From Polyangiaceae bacterium (GTDB lineage: Bacteria > Myxococcota_A > Polyangia > Polyangiales > Polyangiaceae): a stretch of 64,000 nucleotides of DNA. The stretch spans positions 384,001 through 448,000 of the forward strand of contig CBDCTZ010000011.1 of the NCBI GenBank assembly GCA_965222375.1, written 5' to 3'. The notes below the pieces were generated by a model that was given only the letters and a program-made list of their open reading frames with translations, made no database searches and was not told the DNA's origin. Positions 9,168 through 19,247 of the stretch are shown in pieces. The translations under genes and the position numbers were made by a program. Each line of letters starts with the position of its first letter. The first letter of the stretch is position 1.

Positions 9168-10225
9168 AGCGGCTCTTGCTATCGCTGCTTGTTTGCGCGG
9201 CCATGTTGGCGCCTTCGCTGCAAGCAGACGCTTGTGCGCCAGCGCCGCGGCGTGGGGACTTCGTGAGCATCGCCAACGAAGAGGCCCTCATCGTTTGGGA
9301 TGAGAGGTCCAAGACTCAGCACTTCATTCGGCGTGCGGAGTTCAAGACGCCCGCCAAAGACTTCGGCTTCTTGGTGCCGACCCCCACTCAGCCCAAGCTC
9401 GGCGAGGTCAGCGACGATCTGTTTCAACGTTTGGAACGACGTGTCGCGCCGGAAGTGAAGTACGTCAAAGAGCGCAAGCTGCAGTTCGGTTGCATGATGC
9501 TGGGCGCTCAGGACAAGGCGACGGCCATCGCTAGCGGCGTTCGCGTGTTGGATGAACAGCGCGTCGCAGGCTTAGACGCCGCGGTGCTCGCCGCAGACTC
9601 GGCTGAAGCTCTCGCGACATGGCTGAAGCAGCACGGCTACGACAAGAGCGTGGATCTCGAGAAATGGCTCGAGCCTTACGTGCAGAAGAAGTGGAAGCTC
9701 ACCGCGTTCAAGCTTGCGCAAGGGGAGAAGCCGAAGCCACGCCTTGCCAGCAAGGCCGTGCGCATGACCTTCAAGGCCGAGCGCCCGTTCTTCCCCTACC
9801 GGGAGCCAGCGAGTCAGCGCGTCGGCAAGGCCGCCGTTGGGCCTCGCATATTGCGCACCTACTTGCTGGCGTCAGCGCGGATGTCGGGCTCTCTCGCGGC
9901 GCCTTCCGGTTTCCCAGGTCAAACCAAGTTCGCGCGGCCGATCCAAGATGCGGTGCGCGTTGTGGAGGATCCGGCCTTGGTCACTGCCTTGGGCGACAAA
10001 CCGTGGCTCACCATGATCGAGGACACGACTTCGCCACGGCCCGGAGTGGATGATGTCTTCTTCGCGGCAGCGAAAGACAGCTCGGAGGTCGTGCCGGAAC
10101 CGGTGGTCATCACCGAAGACGTGCCCGTCGTGGTGCCAATCGAATTGCTGCTGCTCAGCTTAGTGGGTGGGACGATCGTCATGGGGGGCGCTCTGTTGGT
10201 GTTGCGGCGCAGAAAGGCCCCATGA
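9164..10225 (+). CDS. DUF2330-like exported protein with C-terminal TM helix
   Basis: Signal peptide ending ADAC; DFGFLVPTP, L..WL..HGY motifs; GTGA overlap with upstream gene. Confidence 0.75.
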   Translation: MKRLLLSLLVCAAMLAPSLQADACAPAPRRGDFVSIANEEALIVWDERSKTQHFIRRAEFKTPAKDFGFLVPTPTQPKLGEVSDDLFQRLERRVAPEVKYVKERKLQFGCMMLGAQDKATAIASGVRVLDEQRVAGLDAAVLAADSAEALATWLKQHGYDKSVDLEKWLEPYVQKKWKLTAFKLAQGEKPKPRLASKAVRMTFKAERPFFPYREPASQRVGKAAVGPRILRTYLLASARMSGSLAAPSGFPGQTKFARPIQDAVRVVEDPALVTALGDKPWLTMIEDTTSPRPGVDDVFFAAAKDSSEVVPEPVVITEDVPVVVPIELLLLSLVGGTIVMGGALLVLRRRKAP

Positions 10226-11010
10226 TCGAGATTGCAGAGCTCTGGCTGTACCCGGTCAAGGCATGTGCTGGTGTGCGAGTCACCCACGCGCTTTTGACGC
10301 CTCGTGGCCTCGCGGGAGATCGCCGCTACATGCTGGTCGACGCCGAGGGGCGCTTCTTCACGCAGAGGGAAGAGCCCAAGCTCCAAACCGTGCGGACGGT
10401 GTTCGACGGCGAATCCGTCCTACTCGACACGGTTGCTGGGTCTTTGAGGATTCCCAGGGAGCTCCACGGCGGCAAGCGAATCGAAGTGACGGTGTGGCAA
10501 TCAGATTGTGAAGCCATCGAGCATGTGCCGGGCAGCCAGCTGCTGAGCGAGATGCTGGCGCGAGAGGTCAAGTTGGTATTCATGCCAGACGACGTACAAC
10601 GTAACGTAGATCAGGATTACGGCGAGCCCGGCGATATCGTCAGCTTCGCCGACGGCTTCCCAATCTTGCTAGCCAACGAGGCCTCTCTGGCGGATCTGAA
10701 CGCAGCGCTCGAGGAGCCCGTAACCATGCAGCGCTTTCGGCCTAGTGTCGTCGTGCGCGGTGCGGCGGCCTACCAAGAGGAGACTTGGAGCCACTTGCAG
10801 AGCGCTTTGGTTCGCCTCCGAGCCGCCAAGCTCTGCACGCGCTGCGCGGTGATCAACGTCGACCCAGGCACCGGAACCCGCCCCTCCACGCAGCCGCTTG
10901 CGACCCTCGCCCAGCACCACGCGCCAGGTGGCAAGCCGGTCTTCGGGGTGAACCTGATTCCCGAAAGCGTAGGCAGCCTCCAGGAAGGCCAGCAATTCGG
11001 GGTGAGTTGA
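10222..11010 (+). CDS. MOSC domain protein
   Basis: LYPVKAC, DRRYMLVD, FADGFPILL, RFRP, CTRC, FGVNL. Confidence 0.92.
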   Translation: MIEIAELWLYPVKACAGVRVTHALLTPRGLAGDRRYMLVDAEGRFFTQREEPKLQTVRTVFDGESVLLDTVAGSLRIPRELHGGKRIEVTVWQSDCEAIEHVPGSQLLSEMLAREVKLVFMPDDVQRNVDQDYGEPGDIVSFADGFPILLANEASLADLNAALEEPVTMQRFRPSVVVRGAAAYQEETWSHLQSALVRLRAAKLCTRCAVINVDPGTGTRPSTQPLATLAQHHAPGGKPVFGVNLIPESVGSLQEGQQFGVS

Positions 11011-11047
11011 GGTGCGTGTTGCTCGCGCCATGCTAGCCTAGCCGGCG

Positions 11048-12103
11048 ATGAAGCTGCGTCTCTCGGCACTGGGTTTTCTATCTGTAGTTTCGCTGGCTTG
11101 CGGCGGCGAAAGCTCCGCCGAGAAACAGAGCTTGGAGCCGGGCTGTAGCTCAGCTCCCCAGTGTGGCAGTTGCTCGACCTGCTTCGAGACCTGCACGTGC
11201 AAGGGTGGAGACACGAGCAGTTGTGCCGACCAATGCGCGGGTGTCGGTGGCTCCTCGGGAGCCAGTGGCTCCGGTGGCTCAGCGGGCTCGAGCAGCGGTG
11301 GGACGGGAGGTATCACCGGCGTGCAGACGGTGACCATCAAGACGACGCCGCGTACCGTGGCGCCCGGCGAAGAGGCCTATTTCTGTCAAAACTTCGCGAA
11401 CCCGTTTGGTCAAGACGTGGAGGTGCTCGAAAGCGAGTCGTTCATGACGCCGGGCTCGCATCACATGTTCGTCTTCTACAACGGCGGCAAGGGGGCTTCG
11501 CCACTTGCTGATTGCAGTGGCCTCGAGTTCAAGAAGCCGCTGCATACGGCGCAGACACCTCAACACCTGACCACGTATCCGGACGGAGTCGGACGCTTCG
11601 TCAACGATGGGGTGGGGCTGCGCGTGGCGGCGCATTACTTCAACACGAGTCAGAAGCCCATCGAGGCAGTCATCACCGTGAAATTCAAGGTGGCTTCAGC
11701 CGGGACTCTAACGCATCGAGCGGGCTCGCTGTTCTTTCTGAATCCTAACATCTACGTCGAGCCCTTTCAGACTGGCTTCGCGAAGGACACTTGCACCCTG
11801 CCCAATGACATCAAGCTCATCGACATCGTCAGCCACATGCACTCCTTTTCGACGAAGTTCGAAGCCAAGACCGACTCGGGCCAAATAGTCTACGCCGGAA
11901 CGGCGTGGGATGACCCGGAACCGACGGTGTTTTCCCCGCCCCTAGCCCTGAGCAAGGGGACGAAGATCACCTACGTCTGTGACTACAAGAACACGACCGC
12001 CATGCCACTGACTTTTGGGGAGTCCGCGGAGACGAATGAAATGTGTATCTTGAGCGGAACGTATTTTCCCACTCCCAACGGAACTACTCTGGGCTGCCAG
12101 TAG
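11048..12103 (+). CDS. Copper type II monooxygenase (PHM/DBH-like) domain lipoprotein
   Basis: Lipobox, Gly linker, copper-ligand pattern SHH, SHMH and EMC. Confidence 0.75.
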   Translation: MKLRLSALGFLSVVSLACGGESSAEKQSLEPGCSSAPQCGSCSTCFETCTCKGGDTSSCADQCAGVGGSSGASGSGGSAGSSSGGTGGITGVQTVTIKTTPRTVAPGEEAYFCQNFANPFGQDVEVLESESFMTPGSHHMFVFYNGGKGASPLADCSGLEFKKPLHTAQTPQHLTTYPDGVGRFVNDGVGLRVAAHYFNTSQKPIEAVITVKFKVASAGTLTHRAGSLFFLNPNIYVEPFQTGFAKDTCTLPNDIKLIDIVSHMHSFSTKFEAKTDSGQIVYAGTAWDDPEPTVFSPPLALSKGTKITYVCDYKNTTAMPLTFGESAETNEMCILSGTYFPTPNGTTLGCQ

Positions 12104-12148
12104 CCTGCGTTCTGGCGTGCCAGCCGGGGCGGGCGTACAGTGTGCGTC

Positions 12149-13303
12149 ATGCGTGGTTGGATGACTGTGACGCTTCTGGGTCTGTGCCTCGGATGCGCGT
12201 CGGGAGGAGAAGCCACCGGGCCGAGCGGCAGTGGTGGTTCCGGTGCAGGCGGTAGCGGTGGCTCGGGTCTGTCGGGGGGGCAGGGCGGCTCGGCCGGCAG
12301 CGGCGGTTCTGCGGGCAGCCCCGTCGTCTGCAACGACGGCATCTGTTCGCCGTCCGAGGATTGCAACACTTGCAGCCAGGATTGCAGTTGCACCTGTGAA
12401 GCACCCAGCTGCGCCGGCGCGACCGTACCTCCTGCGGTGTTGAGCACGAAGATTGACTGGAGCGTCACCCTCGAACCCCTGTCCGACGAAGGGGTTCACG
12501 CGCGTATCGCAGCACTGTTGGACAAGGACCCCGCGGCACGCTCTGTGCTGCGGGCGTGGGCCGGGCAGGGCGGGGCAGCCGTGCCAGCGGAGCTCGTGGA
12601 TGTTGGTGCGCCCCTGGTGCGGACCCATGTTGGTCTGGCCCAACGCCTCGCGCAGCATTTGGATCTCGGATTGCCTGACCAGAAACCGCCCATCTACTCG
12701 GCGGCGGCCACTCCGGGCTCGACTGTTGCATGCGGCAAGCCGATGTTGCGCGCCCGCGTTGCACGGATCGAAGTGATCGAAGAGGTGGACGACATCCGAA
12801 ACGACAAGGTCTATTGCATCATCAACGCCGAGGCGCCCAGCAAGGACGAAGTTCGCATCACCCCCGTCACTCCGGAGCTAGACAACGGACAGAGCCACAA
12901 CTTCACCGTGAAAGAGGGGACCTTCTGGGGCACGGACAAGCTCCGGGATCCCGAAGGCAACCTCGTCATCACCTACGACTGTATCGAGCAAGACAACGGT
13001 TCTGCCTACTCCGAGCTGATTCAGGCCGTAGGCAACGCACTGCAAAAAGTGGGCGAGCAGCAAGAAAATGCTTGGCTTTCGTCTGCGGGTACCGCCGCCA
13101 GCATCGTGAACATGGCCCTGGCCACGAACGGTGATGATCGCGTATTCAACGCGCAACAGACCTTGGACGCCAACCAGTATTTGGACGTAGCCAGTGGCGT
13201 GAAGTGGACGGTGCGGAAGAAGGGCAAGCACATTGCCTCCAATTGGGACTGGCGATTGACAGTGGAGATGTGGGGTTGCGCTGAGCTTGCCGGTGGCAAC
13301 TGA
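12149..13303 (+). CDS. Hypothetical lipoprotein with Gly-rich linker and Cys-rich module
   Basis: CLGC lipobox, GGSG repeats, CNDGIC...EDC..C..DC motif. Confidence 0.75.
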   Translation: MRGWMTVTLLGLCLGCASGGEATGPSGSGGSGAGGSGGSGLSGGQGGSAGSGGSAGSPVVCNDGICSPSEDCNTCSQDCSCTCEAPSCAGATVPPAVLSTKIDWSVTLEPLSDEGVHARIAALLDKDPAARSVLRAWAGQGGAAVPAELVDVGAPLVRTHVGLAQRLAQHLDLGLPDQKPPIYSAAATPGSTVACGKPMLRARVARIEVIEEVDDIRNDKVYCIINAEAPSKDEVRITPVTPELDNGQSHNFTVKEGTFWGTDKLRDPEGNLVITYDCIEQDNGSAYSELIQAVGNALQKVGEQQENAWLSSAGTAASIVNMALATNGDDRVFNAQQTLDANQYLDVASGVKWTVRKKGKHIASNWDWRLTVEMWGCAELAGGN

Positions 13304-14768
13304 CCCCCTCGCTTGCCGCACAAGCTTCGGGGCGCGGCTACATCGCGCCTTCCCCCTCTTCGCGATCACGCTTTGCGTCGCCTGCGGGTCGGACCCCGAG
13401 GAGAGTCCAGGTGTCAGGGACGCTGGGGGTAGTGGCGGGTCGGGATTTGACGCCAGCGTCACGGATGGAGGCTTCCCCACCAAGGATGCAGAGCCAGACG
13501 CCCCGGAAGCTGGGCCGCCCGACGGTTTCACACGCTACGCGGCCAAGGAGCGGGCACCAATAACGCCCAGCGTGCTGGCGCGTGCAAAGGCCATTGGGGC
13601 TCTCGACCCTGCGCGCAAGGATGACGTGTTCATCAAGGTCGGTGCCTCCGGCACGGTGAACAAGAACTTCTTGTACTGCTTCGCGGGCGCCGCTCAGCCC
13701 AGCTACAGCTTGGAACTCGGTGGCCGTACTGCGTTGATGCCAAGCATCGACTTCTTCCGCGCTGGAGACGCTGCGGGCAGTACGCCCTACGACCGAGCAA
13801 CCCTGGCGGCCAAGGTAGGTATGAGCGCGAGCTGGGCCATCGGTGGCAGCCCTTCGCCCTTGGACGACGAGATCCAAGCCCTCAACCCGCGCTTTGCTTT
13901 CGTGAACTACGGTACGAACGACATGGGGCAGGGGGTCACCTTCGCCAGCGCACTGTTTCCCTTCGCCGAAAACCTTTCCAAGATCCTCGACCAGCTCGAA
14001 GCCGGCGGCATCATTCCCATCGTCACTGGACTCAACCCTCGGACGGACTCCACGGCAGCCGGACAGTGGGTTCCCAGCTACGACGCCGTTACGCGCGCCA
14101 TGGCCGAGGCACGGCAGTTGCCCTACCTGAGCCTGTACTACGCCGCAAAGAACCTACCTCAGCAGGGCATGACCTCGGACGGGATTCACGGCAACACTTT
14201 CAATCCCGGAGCCGGGCCTCAGCCTTGCGTGTTTACAACCGAAGGGCTCGGTTACAACTACAACACGCGCAATCTGCTCAGCGCCGAGATCTTGCAGCAC
14301 CTGCATTCCGGGGTGGTGCTCGGCCAAGCTGCGACGGAGTTGCCGGGCGCCTCCTTCGGCGGTGTGGGCACTGCGTCGGATCCAATCGTCGTAGACGTGT
14401 TGCCCTTTTCCCACTCCGGGGACACGTCAACGTCCGGGGAGCGCAACATTGCCAGCTATTCAGGTTGCAGCGCGACCCAGGACGAATCGGGTCCCGAAGT
14501 CTTCTACGCTCTGACCCTGCCCGCGCCGACGCCCTTGCGCATCATCGCGGTCGACCGCAGCGGGGTCGACGTCGACGTGCACCTGTTGAGCGGCGGAGTG
14601 GACGGCGCCAGCTGCGCTGCGCGCAACGATCGACTGATCCAAGGAACTTTCCCCGCGGGCACTCATCACATCGTCATCGATACCTTTACCAGCTCCAGCG
14701 GCGAACAATCTGGGGCGTACACCCTCGTGGTGCTGCCCTGCGCTTCCGGGGATCCGGACTGCGGCTAA
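13287..14768 (+). CDS. SGNH/GDSL-like hydrolase lipoprotein with C-terminal PPC-like domain
   Basis: GASGT (GDS variant), YGTND, DGIHG; ESGPEVFY...GAYTL C-terminal module. Confidence 0.75.
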   Translation: MPVATDPLACRTSFGARLHRAFPLFAITLCVACGSDPEESPGVRDAGGSGGSGFDASVTDGGFPTKDAEPDAPEAGPPDGFTRYAAKERAPITPSVLARAKAIGALDPARKDDVFIKVGASGTVNKNFLYCFAGAAQPSYSLELGGRTALMPSIDFFRAGDAAGSTPYDRATLAAKVGMSASWAIGGSPSPLDDEIQALNPRFAFVNYGTNDMGQGVTFASALFPFAENLSKILDQLEAGGIIPIVTGLNPRTDSTAAGQWVPSYDAVTRAMAEARQLPYLSLYYAAKNLPQQGMTSDGIHGNTFNPGAGPQPCVFTTEGLGYNYNTRNLLSAEILQHLHSGVVLGQAATELPGASFGGVGTASDPIVVDVLPFSHSGDTSTSGERNIASYSGCSATQDESGPEVFYALTLPAPTPLRIIAVDRSGVDVDVHLLSGGVDGASCAARNDRLIQGTFPAGTHHIVIDTFTSSSGEQSGAYTLVVLPCASGDPDCG

Positions 14769-14842
14769 CTCAGTGAAACACACTCGTTCGTCGTGTGGCG
14801 GACGTCATCGACCTCTGCGCTGAGGAACATCGACATTGACGG

Positions 14843-15340
14843 GTGTTCAATCTGCATTCGGCACAGAACAAGCCAGATTTGGCCGTTGCAGACTTGCTGA
14901 ATGCCCAGTGCGACGCCCGGCCCTGGTCCCGCGCTCGCACCCGGCCCCGCCCCCGCGCGCAAAACCGCGCCCGCGCCAACGCCGGCGCCTCAGCCCCCAC
15001 AGCCCGTCGAGCCGCCGCTCGAGGCGCCGCCGCCCGGCCCCGACACGACGCCAAAGGGTCCGGAAACTCCGAGCGTGCCGAAACCGGGTACTGACGCTCC
15101 GCCCGCGGCGCCAGAGGTCGAAAAGCCTCCAGAGGGTGAGACAACCAGAAACCGAGACCAAGCCTGAGTCCGAAACCAAACCCCAGTCCGACAAGACGCC
15201 GCCAGCTCCCAAGCCGCAACCTGCGCCGGGGGAGACGCCGAGGGCGGCGACGGAGAGTGAATATTCAGACGAACTTCAGGGACCATGATCGTCATCAGCG
15301 GTCCCAGAAAAAACTGGCGCCCCGGCCAGGTTCGGACGCG
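14843..15340 (+). pseudogene. Frameshifted remnant of a Pro-rich exported protein N-terminus
   Basis: Pro-rich reading passes across frames: ...LLNAQ | ATPGPGPALAP...EKPPEGET | QPETETKPESETKP...SDELQG | MIVISG. Confidence 0.45.
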
Positions 15341-17357
15341 GAGCAGTTGGTCCGTCGACATCACTCAGAACGGCAGCGGGACGAAGTACGACTTCATCTG
15401 CTACTCGACGGATGGCTCGACGCCGGATTGCACTTGCACGGCCGCAGGCCTGACCAAGGACCCGGGCAACAGCGTGGCCAATGTCACCGTGACGGCGAAC
15501 ACGACGATCAATGCCATCGGCTGTCTGAACAGCGGCAATATGCTGCCGGCCTCGGGTAGCGCGACCTACCAGTCCGCCTCTGTGATGGCGCAGCCGAGCA
15601 TCACCCCGGCCGCGGCAGCCCAGAGCGATTGGGTCGACGTCACCTTCACCAACAACGACCCGACGCGCACTGCTCGGATTTGCTACACGACGGACGGTTC
15701 GACTCCAACGCCGACGGCCACCTGTGGCGGCACAGGCGCGACCAAGTGCACCACCAACGTGACTTCGGGCAACAGCAAGACGGTGGTTGAGCTGGTCAAG
15801 GCGACCAACGTGACCGTCAATGCCCGGGCTTGCGACATCGCAAACCCGCCGGTGAAGTCGATCTCCAGCACCGCCAGCATCACCTACACTTTGAAGGTCG
15901 CGGCCCCGACGCTGACGACCCTGTCGCCTCCGCCGGGCTCGGTGCCAATTGGCTCCAGCATCGCTTGGGAGTCGGCGACGACGAAGGCCAGCCCGGTACA
16001 GTTCTACTACACCAACGATGGCAGCACGCCGGACTGCTTGGGAGGTGGCAATGGGACGCTGGGTACGTCGTACACGATGATCGACCCGTCCAAGACGACC
16101 ATCAAGGTGATCGCCTGCTCGCCGCAGATGACGCCATCGGATGTGTCGACGTTTACGTACTCGTACTTCATCGAGACTCCGACGTTCTCGCCGGGCTCGG
16201 GAACGTACAACGACAACCCGTTGGTCACGTTCAACAACGCGCCGTCCGACAACGTTGTTCCCACCTACACGAACTTCTTCTGTGTTAGGCAGGACGGTGG
16301 AGACCCAACGTGTAACGCGGGCTCTTGCGGCTTCGGTTCCACGCAGGTCGCACCCGGTGGCTACTACGTGATCCAGTCCGTGACCCTCAAGGCCATTGCT
16401 TGCAGCAATAGCGGCTTGCCGGCCTCGGCGGTTTCGAGCCAGACCTACAATCTGGAGGTTGGCGATCTCGACTGGTCGCCTAGTCCCACGGGCACCTACA
16501 CCTCGCCCCAAGCAGTGAGCGTCACTGTCAATCCAGCTCCCACGGAGTTCTTGGGAGGTGTCGCATTGGACTACACCGTTTGCACCGCAACCGGCGCAGT
16601 CAGCATCCCACCGCAGCCCTCGAGCTGCGCGGGACTGAAGGGCTACCTGGATGGCCAAACCCCCGGAACGAGTTGGACCTGCACCAGCAAGACCGACGGG
16701 AGCGCAACCCCGCTGGGGACGTTCAACGTTACGACGACGGTGTCGGCAATTGCTTGCAAGAACAATATGGTCTGGAACACCAGCCAACAGACCTACTCCT
16801 TCAACCCGTACACACACACCATCAACATCGACGGTGCCAACGATTTCAGTGGGACCAATGACGCACTGAGTACGAGCGGCGGCGATACGGCCTACTTCTC
16901 ATGGGATGCGACCAACCTGTACTTCGGTTACAACGGTTTCTCCTTCGGAAGTGGCCAGACGGTGAGCGCGTACTTCGGTGACGGAGTCTCCGGGACCACT
17001 ACGGCGGATGACGCCGGCGTGGGTGGAGCTCTCGCGAAGCCTGCTCTCTATCACTTGGTTTGGGTCAACACGAGCGCGACGGCCAAGGTCCGCAAGTGGA
17101 ACTCCACGACCACGATGTGGGAGGACGACGCAACTGTGCCAGTGACGGTTGGGTACACCGGCGGAACCAGCACCTACGTTGAGTTCAGCATCACCCGGGC
17201 CTCCATTGGCAGCCCGAACATCGTGCACGCAACCGGTGGCATCCTAGACGCCGCCGGGACCGGGTACGACTCGGTGTGGCCGTCCACTGCGTGGGCGGAC
17301 ACATATGTGTTCGAGTTGCTCGGAGCAGCGACGCCGGCCACGTCGGCGATCAACTGA
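15285..17357 (+). CDS. Chitobiase C-terminal/Fn3-associated repeat surface protein, apparently lacking its N-terminus
   Basis: Repeated CYTTDGSTP / YYTNDGSTP ... T+KAIAC and TPTFSPGSGTY units; no signal peptide. Confidence 0.75.
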   Translation: MIVISGPRKNWRPGQVRTRSSWSVDITQNGSGTKYDFICYSTDGSTPDCTCTAAGLTKDPGNSVANVTVTANTTINAIGCLNSGNMLPASGSATYQSASVMAQPSITPAAAAQSDWVDVTFTNNDPTRTARICYTTDGSTPTPTATCGGTGATKCTTNVTSGNSKTVVELVKATNVTVNARACDIANPPVKSISSTASITYTLKVAAPTLTTLSPPPGSVPIGSSIAWESATTKASPVQFYYTNDGSTPDCLGGGNGTLGTSYTMIDPSKTTIKVIACSPQMTPSDVSTFTYSYFIETPTFSPGSGTYNDNPLVTFNNAPSDNVVPTYTNFFCVRQDGGDPTCNAGSCGFGSTQVAPGGYYVIQSVTLKAIACSNSGLPASAVSSQTYNLEVGDLDWSPSPTGTYTSPQAVSVTVNPAPTEFLGGVALDYTVCTATGAVSIPPQPSSCAGLKGYLDGQTPGTSWTCTSKTDGSATPLGTFNVTTTVSAIACKNNMVWNTSQQTYSFNPYTHTINIDGANDFSGTNDALSTSGGDTAYFSWDATNLYFGYNGFSFGSGQTVSAYFGDGVSGTTTADDAGVGGALAKPALYHLVWVNTSATAKVRKWNSTTTMWEDDATVPVTVGYTGGTSTYVEFSITRASIGSPNIVHATGGILDAAGTGYDSVWPSTAWADTYVFELLGAATPATSAIN

Positions 17358-17371
17358 GCAAGTAAGAAAGT

Positions 17372-17413
17372 CGCCGCGGGGGGCACGGTCGTTCGACTGT
17401 GCCCCCCGCGGCG
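17372..17413. terminator. Long GC-rich hairpin, probable terminator
   Basis: CGCCGCGGGGGGCACGGTCG / CGACTGTGCCCCCCGCGGCG just after the stop at 17357, between convergent genes. Confidence 0.65.
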
Positions 17414-17648
17414 CGTTTGTGGGGGCGTGTTCTTTCGGGAGTGACGCTCGTTTGGATTGGGGTCGCATCACTGCGGCAGGGTGGGCCACTACTCTCGACT
17501 GGGGCCGAGTAGGCGCGACGGTGACGATGGCCGTGGCAGAGTAAGACGGGCAGCTCCGACTCGCGGGCTGCCCGTGGGGCGCACGGGGCGCCCGTGGGGA
17601 CGGGATAGTCGCGGCCTGCGCGGTGGGATGGGGTGGCCGTTTGGGCTC

Positions 17649-18086
17649 TCAGGCTGTTGCGTCGGCAGTGCGATTGGCGCTGTCGCTCTCGGCGCGGGGC
17701 GCGGAGGCGAAGAGGGCGCGGTAAGCGGCGCGGTGGGTCCAGGCGAGGTAGCCGCTGCTCGCGATCAAGAAGCCGGTCATGCCCCAGCCGCCGGGCGCGA
17801 GCACCACGTGGAACAGAGCGATGTTGACAATGATGGGGGCGAGCAGCACCACGGCTAGCGGGACAGCGCGTCCGCTCAGCAGCAGCGCGCCAGCAATGAC
17901 CTCGGTGCCCTTGATCAACGGGAACATGTAGCCGCTAGCCGCGAAAGCACCCATCAGCGCACCGGCCGCGGGAGGCACTTCGGGTTGGGGCAGAAAACCC
18001 AGGAACCCGTTGAGCCCGAACACGAAAAACACGAGGCCCAACAGAATCCGGGCGGCGGTGGGAGCGATTGCGGTGATCTTGTTCAT
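17649..18086 (-). CDS. DoxX family membrane protein
   Basis: ARILLGLVFFVFGLNGFL...GYMFPLIKGTEV...LAPIIVNI.LFH; AAGGAG RBS. Confidence 0.88.
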   Translation of the reverse strand: MNKITAIAPTAARILLGLVFFVFGLNGFLGFLPQPEVPPAAGALMGAFAASGYMFPLIKGTEVIAGALLLSGRAVPLAVVLLAPIIVNIALFHVVLAPGGWGMTGFLIASSGYLAWTHRAAYRALFASAPRAESDSANRTADATA

Positions 18087-18152
18087 ATTCGTCTCCTTCC
18101 CCGCCAATATGAATTGTTTCTCATGTGACACAATATATTCTACGGGCAATTT

Positions 18153-18175
18153 ATTGTTGCTAATATCGGAACAAT
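18153..18175. promoter_or_regulatory. LysR-type binding box
   Basis: ATTGTT-N11-AACAAT dyad (T-N11-A) in an AT-rich patch upstream of the DoxX gene. Confidence 0.6.
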
Positions 18176-18242
18176 ACGCCCCAAATCCCGAGATTACTGT
18201 GCTATGCAGGCGGGAGGTTTTCTCGAATGTAGGGGATTGAGC

Positions 18243-19205
18243 GTGAAGAACTTCGCTATCTTGGTGTTGCTTGCAGGGTCTACGTGGAGCGCTGCAGTTT
18301 TGGCGCAAGGCGCTCCACCGCCACCCGCCGACCCACCGCCGCCGCCTCCCGGGGACGCGCCACCGCCCACTGCGCCGGGTGTGCCGCCACCAGCTGGGCC
18401 GGGTGCGCCGCCACCAGCTGGGCCGGATCAGCCGCCCCCGCCAACGACCCCGCCCCCGGGAGCCCAACCCTCACCGGCGCAGGCGCCGCCACCTGGCTAC
18501 GCGCCTCCGCCTCAGGGCTACGCGCCTCCGCCCCAAGGGCCTCCTCCTCAAGGCTATGGTCCGCCGCCTCAGGGGTACGCTCCCGGCTACGGTCCGCCGC
18601 CCCAGGGCTACGGTCCGCCGCCGCCGCCGCCCCCGAACCCCACGGTGCACAACCACGACGGTCTCTATCTGCGGCTGGGCATCGGCTTTGGATACATGAG
18701 TACCAAGGGTGAAATTGATCGCCCGAATTCTCAAGAGCTCGACATCACGGGCAGTGGGTTGACGGGTGAGTTCATGATCGGTGGTACGCCGGCCCCGGGA
18801 TTCGTCATCGGTGGGGGAACCATGGGGCTCACTATCTTCAATCCAAAGTTTGAACTCGACGGTCAGGAGCGCGACACCGATGCCAACAGCGTCGACCTAT
18901 CGATGCTCGGCTTGTTCGTGGACGTGTATCCCGATCCAAAAAAGGGACTGCATTTCCAAGCCATGGTTGGCTACGCGCAACTGAGCTCCGACGAAACGGA
19001 CTCTGACGATGAGCGCCCAGATGGCCTGGGGCTTGCTGCGGGCGTCGGTTACGAATGGTGGGTCGGTGAGCAGTGGGGCATCGGCATACTTGGCAGGGTG
19101 ATTTATGCGTCGACCAAGCTCGAGGAGCGAATTGGCACGAGCACTGCGGACATCACATACACGTCCCTTGCGCCAGCTTTGCTGTTCACGGCGACGCTGC
19201 ACTGA
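18243..19205 (+). CDS. Pro-rich outer-membrane beta-barrel-like protein
   Basis: Signal peptide, PPPQGY repeats, HDGLYLRLGIG, GYEWWVGEQWGIG. Confidence 0.8.
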   Translation: MKNFAILVLLAGSTWSAAVLAQGAPPPPADPPPPPPGDAPPPTAPGVPPPAGPGAPPPAGPDQPPPPTTPPPGAQPSPAQAPPPGYAPPPQGYAPPPQGPPPQGYGPPPQGYAPGYGPPPQGYGPPPPPPPNPTVHNHDGLYLRLGIGFGYMSTKGEIDRPNSQELDITGSGLTGEFMIGGTPAPGFVIGGGTMGLTIFNPKFELDGQERDTDANSVDLSMLGLFVDVYPDPKKGLHFQAMVGYAQLSSDETDSDDERPDGLGLAAGVGYEWWVGEQWGIGILGRVIYASTKLEERIGTSTADITYTSLAPALLFTATLH

Positions 19206-19247
19206 GCCCCTGCACGAATACGCAACTTCTTGGTGTATTGTCCCCCC

